From assembly GCA_041178425.1 (NCBI GenBank), contig JBEGVH010000021.1:49608-113607 (forward strand): a stretch of DNA of 64,000 nucleotides, written 5' to 3'. The stretch comes from Pseudomonadota bacterium. Lineage in GTDB: Bacteria; Bdellovibrionota; Bdellovibrionia; Bdellovibrionales; Bdellovibrionaceae. This document shows, piece after piece, positions 47,136 to 54,494 of the stretch (position 1 is the stretch's first letter; each line of letters opens with the position of its first letter). A program made the position numbers and the translations under genes. Under the pieces are notes generated by a model that was not told where the DNA came from, ran no database searches, and saw only the letters and a program-made list of their open reading frames with translations.

Positions 47136-47888
47136 CTAACTCAACAAGGTTTTTCCACCATCGATCACAATGGTTTGACCGATGATTTGCGATGTTTGTG
47201 GTTCACATAAAAAACTAACAGTCTCTGCCACATCTTCTGGCACGACAAGTGCGCCTGATGGTGTTGCAGACACGGCTTTTTCAATGCGTGCGTCTCTATC
47301 TGGAAAGGCATCAATGGCTTCCGTTAAAACTAAACCCGGGCAAACAAGATTGACCGAAATACCCTTTGGAGCCAATTCAAAAGCATAATGCCGAAATAGC
47401 GCTTCGAGCGCTCCTTTGCTGCTCCCCACTGCCGCATAAAAGGGAATCACTCGTGTTCCACCTGAAGAAGTGATTCCAATCACGCGCGAGCCTTTGGGCA
47501 TCATTTCAACAAGACTCTGCAGAAGATTATGAATGGCAAAAACGTTAATTTCAAAAGTCCAACGCAAATGCTTTAAAGACAGTTCCATGGCATTTCTGTG
47601 GACTCCACTGGCAGCACAGTGAACAAGAAAATCAATGTGAGTTGATTTTTCTTTTATTGCGGTTACGACGGCTTGGAATTTATCTTCGTTACAAAGATCC
47701 CCTTTTATACACTCAATATCAAGAGACTCCGACTTCGCAAGTGTTTCTAGCTCAGCCGCACTTTTTGAATCACGACCATAGAGTGCTAAAACCTTTGCTC
47801 CTTCTCGAGCTAACTTAAGAGAAACAGCTCTGCCAATACCTCGTGTTCCACCTGTGATAACGGCGCACTTTTGTTTAAACTTACTCAT
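47136..47888 (-). CDS. FabL-like enoyl-ACP reductase (SDR)
   Basis: TGGTRGIG, AASGV, Y-x6-K (FYAAVGSSK), GQTIVIDGG: the pattern of Bacillus FabL rather than FabG. Confidence 0.72.
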   Translation of the reverse strand: MSKFKQKCAVITGGTRGIGRAVSLKLAREGAKVLALYGRDSKSAAELETLAKSESLDIECIKGDLCNEDKFQAVVTAIKEKSTHIDFLVHCAASGVHRNAMELSLKHLRWTFEINVFAIHNLLQSLVEMMPKGSRVIGITSSGGTRVIPFYAAVGSSKGALEALFRHYAFELAPKGISVNLVCPGLVLTEAIDAFPDRDARIEKAVSATPSGALVVPEDVAETVSFLCEPQTSQIIGQTIVIDGGKTLLS

Positions 47889-48676
47889 GATTGAGGATCT
47901 CCTAATGATCGCCCGCCGTCGATCGTAATTGTAGAACCAGTGATATAGGAAGCATCATCGGAGCATAAGAAGGCGGCCAAGGCTCCGATGTCGCCAGGAG
48001 TTCCCAAGCGTCCTACAGGAATTCTTCCACGAAGACCTTCCTCTGAAGCTTGGATTTTTTCTACTAAAACTTGAGTCATTGGCGTTTCAATCAAACCGGG
48101 AGCTATCGCGTTCACAGTAATTCCGCGATGAGCCACTTCGAGAGCCAAGGTGCGAGTGAAGGATTCAATGCCACCTTTTGCTGCTGCATAGTTAGTTTGT
48201 CCACGCTTTGCAAAATCAGCACTAATAGAACTTAAGTTGATAATACGACCATATTTTGAGACAGACATTCCGCGCACACAGGCATGGGCCAGTGCCATCG
48301 GCGCCAAAAGGTGTTCGCGAAGAAGGTCTTCGTGATCTTGCATTTTTGAACTTTGAAAAAGGCCATCTCGTAACCGACCCGCCGAGTTTATGAGTACAGT
48401 CGGTGCGATACCGAAGTCTTCTGTAATTTTCTTCACAAGCGCAGGGATTTCTTCTACTTGCAGAAGATTTTGAGCGTAAATTTTTATTTTAGCGTTTGTA
48501 GCGCTCTCACCAGCAAATTCTTGGATGGCTTTTTCTAAATGATTCTTCGCTTCTTCTGCTTTGGCGTGATCAGCCCCATAAACCAGAGCCAAATCGAAAT
48601 TTGGCAAAAGCTTTTGGGCTATTCCAAAACCAATTCCAGATGTTCCACCGGTGATTAAAGCGACTCGTCGACTCAC
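47885..48676 (-). CDS. FabG-like 3-ketoacyl-ACP reductase
   Basis: TGGTSGIG, NSAG, NYAAAK (YxxxK), APGLIET; GTGA overlap with the KS stop codon. Confidence 0.85.
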   Translation of the reverse strand: MSRRVALITGGTSGIGFGIAQKLLPNFDLALVYGADHAKAEEAKNHLEKAIQEFAGESATNAKIKIYAQNLLQVEEIPALVKKITEDFGIAPTVLINSAGRLRDGLFQSSKMQDHEDLLREHLLAPMALAHACVRGMSVSKYGRIINLSSISADFAKRGQTNYAAAKGGIESFTRTLALEVAHRGITVNAIAPGLIETPMTQVLVEKIQASEEGLRGRIPVGRLGTPGDIGALAAFLCSDDASYITGSTITIDGGRSLGDPQS

Positions 48677-49932
48677 GACGGTTCCTTTGTGAAGACAATA
48701 CACGAGTTCTGGCCACCAAAACCAAAGCTGTTACTTAAAACATGCTTCAGTGACATCGAACGTGTTCCCTCTGGAACATAATCAAGATCGCAATCTGGAT
48801 CCCCCCCATTGAAGTTGAGCGTAGGAGCCACGGCTTGCTTGTTTAGCATGAGCACACAAGCGATCGCCTCCAACGCACTCGATGCAATCGTCGAATGGCC
48901 GATCTGTGATTTCAGAGAACTTACTGGCGTTTTATAGGCCCTGTCGCCAAAAACTTTTTTAATAGAAATTGATTCGAGCCGATCATTCAAGGGGGTCGAT
49001 GTGCCATGAGCGTTGATGTAATCAATATCGTTAGGAGTTAAACCCGCCGACTCAATCGCCTGCTCCATTGCTTTTGTTACAGAAGCTCCATCGTCACGAC
49101 CATCCGTTAAACGAAAGGCATCGCTAGTAAAACCATAACCAGAAACCTGGCAGAGAATTTTTGCTCCACGAGCTTCAGCGGCTTCTCTTGACTCAACGAC
49201 AAGCACAGCGGATCCTTCTCCTCGCACGAATCCAGAACGATCTTTTGAAAAAGGTCGACTGGCTTTTTCGGGTGGAACATCGGCTGTGGTCAGAGCGCCT
49301 AAATAATGGAAGTTTAGAAAATTACTTGGTTCACAACGAGCGTCAACACCGCCAACGATACAACGATCCCAGCGACCCGATTGAATTCCTTGGTAGGCTA
49401 TTCCCAAAACGTTGTTTCCCGTTGCACAGGCTGAATTAATGCAAATACGACGTTCGCCGGGTACCTCTGAGAAACCCTCATTTTTAAGAATATCATGAAT
49501 GACTTCAACAGACGACTCGCAGCGAGTCCTCATATAATTATATTGAGACTCGGTAAACTGATTTTGTTTTTTTTGCTGCAGCACTTCAGCTACTTGCTCA
49601 AACGACACGCCATCGGCCGTGCCGTAAACGATGGCGTCGATAGAATGAGTTTTATTGAGAGTTTTTAAAACTGATTCTGTCGCCACGGCCGTCATCAGCC
49701 ATGACTTCATGACTGGATGACCATCTTTCAGTCCAAAGTGTTTCGTCGGAGGAAGTTCCTTTCTTTCTACGTACGCAGCATAGGGAACCGGAAAATCTTC
49801 TTCCACCATTGTACCGCGAATGGACTTTACTCCACTCTTGCCGGCAAAAAGCCCACGCTCGAAATCTTCGATCGTGTGGCCCAATGGAGACACTAAACCG
49901 TAAGCCGTTATAACGACATCTCGTTTTTTCAT
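48673..49932 (-). CDS. Beta-ketoacyl-ACP synthase (FabF-like KS) with intact Cys-His-His triad
   Basis: SACATG, NAHGTST, KSQIGHS, SNSFGFGG. Confidence 0.9.
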   Translation of the reverse strand: MKKRDVVITAYGLVSPLGHTIEDFERGLFAGKSGVKSIRGTMVEEDFPVPYAAYVERKELPPTKHFGLKDGHPVMKSWLMTAVATESVLKTLNKTHSIDAIVYGTADGVSFEQVAEVLQQKKQNQFTESQYNYMRTRCESSVEVIHDILKNEGFSEVPGERRICINSACATGNNVLGIAYQGIQSGRWDRCIVGGVDARCEPSNFLNFHYLGALTTADVPPEKASRPFSKDRSGFVRGEGSAVLVVESREAAEARGAKILCQVSGYGFTSDAFRLTDGRDDGASVTKAMEQAIESAGLTPNDIDYINAHGTSTPLNDRLESISIKKVFGDRAYKTPVSSLKSQIGHSTIASSALEAIACVLMLNKQAVAPTLNFNGGDPDCDLDYVPEGTRSMSLKHVLSNSFGFGGQNSCIVFTKEPS

Positions 49933-49945
49933 AAAGAAAAACGCC

Positions 49946-50227
49946 CTAGGCTTTTTTTGTCTCGATAAAATCGATGAGATTCTGAACCGTAACCGTTTTT
50001 AAATCGGCAGCATTACCAGTAGAGGTTTTAAGGTACTCAACCACTTCTTTGAAATCTAATTCAAAACCAACGGTGTTTTCAATTTCAGAGCTAAGATCAA
50101 GAAAATCAATGCTCTCAAGTCCGAGATCAGCAATGAGTTTGCTCGCCGGCTCAATAGTTAGCTTTTGATTGTTTACCACGTCTCTGATTGAATCTTTAAT
50201 CGAATTGAGTAATGTTTCCTGTGACAT
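49946..50227 (-). CDS. Acyl carrier protein
   Basis: Acidic 93-aa protein with the DLGLESIDFL phosphopantetheine-Ser motif. Confidence 0.85.
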   Translation of the reverse strand: MSQETLLNSIKDSIRDVVNNQKLTIEPASKLIADLGLESIDFLDLSSEIENTVGFELDFKEVVEYLKTSTGNAADLKTVTVQNLIDFIETKKA

Positions 50228-50230
50228 ACC

Positions 50231-51028
50231 TTAATTCCCCTTTCTCATTAAGTTAATCATTGGATCTGAAATACCAAAGTAATTCTGCGCATCAAAGAAG
50301 TATTCCTTCTTTGGATAATTTTTCATCTGTTCTAAAACTGGTGATGCCTTTTTCCCCTCGGGCAATACCAATATTTGAGCAGCGGCTCCTTCGCAGAGGG
50401 TCCTTTCATCTTGCAAACGCGAGCGTTTGACAACCCAAAAATCATCGAATGCATGCGCAGTAAGCACCAGCGCCGCATCGATTGCACCCGTTAACAAATC
50501 GGCCTCTGCCTGTTCAAGGGCTTGCTGACAAGCGTACACGGAGTGCGTGTAAACATTCATAGCCCCTTGAATTCCCAAAGAAATTCCTAATTGTGCTGGC
50601 GCTAAATTGGGGAGTTGTTTGAGATACATTTTAGGATTACGAAGCTTTCGATAAGCCTCTGCAAATTGGTGATCAAATTTTTCTGTGCTGCGGTTCAATA
50701 TTTCAGCTGTTGATGGGCCATCAATCGGTCCGTTTTCAACTGCACAATAAATACCCACGGAAAACGGTGATTTTTCGAGATACGGTTGAAGATGCGTTTT
50801 CATTTGTTCGGCCATACTCGAAAGAAAAAGCGATGCTCGACTCATGGATCGCATAGCCTTTGGGTCTGGAACGTCTATATCTCCATTTTCAGTTTCAATA
50901 CGACGCACATTTGGAATGGACTCCTGAAAATACTTATCCTCCCAAAATTGGGTTTCAGATTGAAGGTTTGGAATCCACATCTTTTGCCATAGAACTTTGA
51001 CTGCTGAATTTGGATTCGAATTAGACAT
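50231..51028 (-). CDS. Truncated KS-like protein (chain-length-factor-like)
   Basis: RSMSRAS, P..YLKQLPN.APAQLGI.LGIQG...QALEQA..L..G..DAALV, EGAAA resemble the KS N-terminal half; the C-terminal His motifs are absent. Confidence 0.7.
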   Translation of the reverse strand: MSNSNPNSAVKVLWQKMWIPNLQSETQFWEDKYFQESIPNVRRIETENGDIDVPDPKAMRSMSRASLFLSSMAEQMKTHLQPYLEKSPFSVGIYCAVENGPIDGPSTAEILNRSTEKFDHQFAEAYRKLRNPKMYLKQLPNLAPAQLGISLGIQGAMNVYTHSVYACQQALEQAEADLLTGAIDAALVLTAHAFDDFWVVKRSRLQDERTLCEGAAAQILVLPEGKKASPVLEQMKNYPKKEYFFDAQNYFGISDPMINLMRKGN

Positions 51029-51479
51029 TCAATTCACTCCCTCGTTGTTTTTTCTTCCAGTCTTCAACGACCGCATCAAATTCGTGAGAGCTCAATCGAT
51101 TTCTTAAAACCTGTCCAAAGAGGATGGTCGCACTTGAAACTTTCTTGCCTTCTACTTCAACAAAAGCGTCTGCAACTAAAAAGCCTCGCCCTTCTTTTAT
51201 AATCTCCGCATGAATCACGCAGCGATCTCCCGGATTCACATTACCGTAAAACTTGGCGGCTTTGACGGTTCCAAGGACGGGAAGAATTTCAGGATTTGCA
51301 ATGGCGAAACACTTTCCTGCCATTTGAGCCATCATCTCAATCTGGAGAACTCCAGGAACAATGGGCATACCAGGAAAATGATCCATAAAGAAAACCTCCG
51401 AGCGAGAAAACGTTTTTACCCCTTTCGCTCGCTTGCCAGGTTCGCAATCCAAAATTTGATCAATCAGTAACCAACGCAT
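51021..51479 (-). CDS. FabZ-like 3-hydroxyacyl-ACP dehydratase
   Basis: LLID, DHFPGMPIVPGVLQIEMMAQ, V.PGD. Confidence 0.88.
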   Translation of the reverse strand: MRWLLIDQILDCEPGKRAKGVKTFSRSEVFFMDHFPGMPIVPGVLQIEMMAQMAGKCFAIANPEILPVLGTVKAAKFYGNVNPGDRCVIHAEIIKEGRGFLVADAFVEVEGKKVSSATILFGQVLRNRLSSHEFDAVVEDWKKKQRGSELNV

Positions 51480-51497
51480 TAATCCCCCTCGATTATT

Positions 51498-52745
51498 CTA
51501 TCGTATTGGCGTACAGGACTTTGCTGTTTTTCTTTCGCAACCCCGGGTCTTATCATCGAGACACTGGTCTCGTTTATCTGTTTTCCACTCATTGGCGTTT
51601 TTACAGGAAAAGTCTTTCAATAATTCAGGGTTGATGGGTCGTCGCAAGTGCGATCGAACATCTGTCACTGCGCCCGGAGCCACCGTTAAAGCCTCCTTGG
51701 CACGATCGTGTCCAAAAGTCCATTGGCGGCCAATGCCCAGACGATACTCAGTAAAGTCAGTGGGAATTCCGCTTGTCATTACAACAGCCCAGCGTTGAGG
51801 GTTGAACGCCACTGTATCCATACCGCTCAGATCCATCCATTTGACGTCTTTGTGCTGAATAGCCTCCAAGGCCTTAGTGGTCTGCTTGAAACCAAATCCT
51901 GATTTAAAAACAAGATCTTCATAATCCAAAAACAATCCCGCTGGATAACCAGCAATTACTTGTTCTCCTAGAGAAACCGCCAAATCAATAGGATAAAGAT
52001 CCACCGCACCCGTAAACTGATAGTGTCCATCAACAATTCCAGGATTTAAAAAGTAGGGATCTGCGATACCCGCACGCATCGCCGTAAACACATCCACATG
52101 ACTGAAAGTCAGCGTATCTTTTGCGAGAGTCGTATTGGGATAAACATCTTTGGCGGGCAACTCTCGGCCCTTTAAAAACTCCGCCGTGTCCGGATCAGTA
52201 TAGTAAGTCACTTTAAAGAGAGGGCTTGAATTGCGACGACGTCCCGCTTGTTCTGGACCAAATAAAGCACGCGAAGATATAAATAAAAATTTTGTTTTAG
52301 AACTGTCTCTATTAAAAGCTGTGGTTTTTAAAATATGAGTTGGAAATTTCTGAGGCCCCCACAAGAGATTACCGTGAAAAATATCTGGGTACCGGTTGGT
52401 ATTTTTTGCCTTCTCTAGTTTTTGGATCATTTCGATCCCGTTTGGCTTATTTATTCTAAATTCACTAATAGCCTCAAAAAAGGTTCGGGATCTAACAACC
52501 TCAAAACTATCAACAATCGATTGTTCAGAATTGTAAACCGCCGAAGTAATTCCCGCTCCACATGTCGCAATGACAAGATCGGGCTTCCAACCCATTTCTT
52601 TCACTCCGGCAATCATTCCAAGAGCGACTCCTGGGTTGATTCCACCGCCACTAATCACGAGAACTCGTTTGAATGGCTTTTCCTGGGCACCAGCAAAGGA
52701 AACCAAGCTAACCATTAAAAGGAGAAAAATACTCAATTGCTTCAC
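51498..52745 (-). CDS. Exported patatin-fold protein with atypical catalytic motifs
   Basis: Signal peptide (SFAGA); VISGGG loop; ATCGAG where patatins have GxSxG; FTGAVD where they have DGG. Confidence 0.65.
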   Translation of the reverse strand: MKQLSIFLLLMVSLVSFAGAQEKPFKRVLVISGGGINPGVALGMIAGVKEMGWKPDLVIATCGAGITSAVYNSEQSIVDSFEVVRSRTFFEAISEFRINKPNGIEMIQKLEKAKNTNRYPDIFHGNLLWGPQKFPTHILKTTAFNRDSSKTKFLFISSRALFGPEQAGRRRNSSPLFKVTYYTDPDTAEFLKGRELPAKDVYPNTTLAKDTLTFSHVDVFTAMRAGIADPYFLNPGIVDGHYQFTGAVDLYPIDLAVSLGEQVIAGYPAGLFLDYEDLVFKSGFGFKQTTKALEAIQHKDVKWMDLSGMDTVAFNPQRWAVVMTSGIPTDFTEYRLGIGRQWTFGHDRAKEALTVAPGAVTDVRSHLRRPINPELLKDFSCKNANEWKTDKRDQCLDDKTRGCERKTAKSCTPIR

Positions 52746-54346
52746 GTCACTACCTCTTCATTCACGCTGTATAATTTTAAATTGGAGATCATCAGTTTTT
52801 CTAGAGGACGAACCGATTGTAATTTCCAGATATTTTTTAATTGGGGAAGATTTAATTTGCCATTCGAGGTTCTTGGAATGTGCTTTATAAACAAAATCTC
52901 TTTTGGAGGAACGCTCAAACGTCTCATCTGTTCAGCTAAACGTTCTTGAAGGGACGGTTCCAAAAGTAATTCATCATCTTTCCAAGAAGATCGATCCAAT
53001 TCAATAAAGAGAACAATTTTAGAGCGATCACGATCTTCATCAGAAACCAGAATGGCCTTAGCAAATCGAAAATGCTCTGAAGCCTCGAGGGCCACTTTTT
53101 CAATTTCTGCGCCCGCCACTCGTCGACCATTGATTTTAAAAAGACTATCCAAACGACCACTAACATGAAGATAGCCATCACTATCCAGCATGCCGAGGTC
53201 ACCCGTTGGTAGAAACTCTCCTGGCTCCATCAAACGAATATTAGCAGAGGTGAGAGAACGAAGTCCTTTTAATACGCTATCTCCCCGCACTTGAATTTCG
53301 CCAAATTGCCCTCGAGGGAGATCGTTCCCCAAGTCGTTGACTATTTTTAATTCCAGAAAAGGCAGTGGCCGTCCTACCGCCATCGTTTGAAACTGCGGCT
53401 CTTTACTTGAAATCATCGTTACACGGATGGCCTCAGTGAGTCCGTAGCCCTTATGGATAATTGCATTTGGAAAAATCTCTTTCGTCATCTCGAGATGTTT
53501 TTGGGCTATTAATCCTCCCGCCAATTGAACATGCTTGACGTGCTCACAGGGAGGCAATCCTCGTCGGCGTTTTTCTTCCCAACATGTTCGCACAATCTCC
53601 CCGATCAGAGACACAAACGTGGCATCATCGCGCAAGAAGCCTCGGAACACTCGATTGATAGCGAGCCGCAGGTTGTAAAACCGACTTCGACCACCAACCA
53701 CGAACGTCGGTAAAAACTGAGTATTCAGAGCCATACTATGGCACACCGGCAAGGTGATCGAAGCCACCGTTGTTTCATCTAGATCGAATCGATTAATCAA
53801 TTCAGAAATAGTTTTCAAAATGCCATTTTCAGGAACATAAATCTCTTTAGGCTCACCCGTTGAACCAGAGGTAAAAAGAATAACACCCGTACCAATCGGT
53901 GGCATAAAGACGACCTGATCTAATTCACGCCCTACCGTCGTTTTACCGATAACATCAATGACATAACCCTTGTCATTGAGTATGAGATGAGGAATCGAAA
54001 ATCGAGGTGCAAGATCTTCCGAAGTTAGTGTAAAGTTCAGTTTCGCGTGTCGAATCCAATCGATTTTACCTTCGTAAAGATCAACACTATTGATCATCAC
54101 AGGCACTCGCTCAGAAATCACCGTGGCTAAAATTGCCATCGCTTGCGAAACACTATTGTCAAAACAGATACCAACGCGTGATTGAGGGAGAGTGTGATTT
54201 TCGATACGGGTCACGAGCCCCTGAAGATGGGTGGCGAGCTGGCTTCCACGCCACGCCCCAAAGTCGTCTTCCAGTAAAATTCGCTCTGGAAAACGACTCA
54301 TCGCATTTAAGATAAGACTTTTTAAGGAATTATCCCCCAAAACCAT
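52742..54346 (-). CDS. AMP-forming acyl-CoA/acyl-ACP ligase (first gene of the operon)
   Basis: FTSGSTGEPK, GYGLTEA, TGDLG, GRLDSLFKING, PRTSNGK. Confidence 0.85.
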   Translation of the reverse strand: MVLGDNSLKSLILNAMSRFPERILLEDDFGAWRGSQLATHLQGLVTRIENHTLPQSRVGICFDNSVSQAMAILATVISERVPVMINSVDLYEGKIDWIRHAKLNFTLTSEDLAPRFSIPHLILNDKGYVIDVIGKTTVGRELDQVVFMPPIGTGVILFTSGSTGEPKEIYVPENGILKTISELINRFDLDETTVASITLPVCHSMALNTQFLPTFVVGGRSRFYNLRLAINRVFRGFLRDDATFVSLIGEIVRTCWEEKRRRGLPPCEHVKHVQLAGGLIAQKHLEMTKEIFPNAIIHKGYGLTEAIRVTMISSKEPQFQTMAVGRPLPFLELKIVNDLGNDLPRGQFGEIQVRGDSVLKGLRSLTSANIRLMEPGEFLPTGDLGMLDSDGYLHVSGRLDSLFKINGRRVAGAEIEKVALEASEHFRFAKAILVSDEDRDRSKIVLFIELDRSSWKDDELLLEPSLQERLAEQMRRLSVPPKEILFIKHIPRTSNGKLNLPQLKNIWKLQSVRPLEKLMISNLKLYSVNEEVVT

Positions 54347-54494
54347 TACCCCCCTAAATAAACCCCTCTTATTCTCTTTGCCTTGACCTTGGTCTAGGCT
54401 TCAATAGAAGAAGCGGAGCATTAGGGAGTCTTATGGAGGTGCCAATTTAAGGCAATTTCATATTAAATATTTGAAATCTTTTCCCCTATTGACC

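Noticed and set aside
44257..54346. Operon as housekeeping FAS II, aryl polyene or sphingolipid pathway
   Set aside because: It lacks fabH/fabD/plsX, the glycosyl-, acyl- and methyltransferase and transport genes typical of aryl polyene clusters, and serine palmitoyltransferase.
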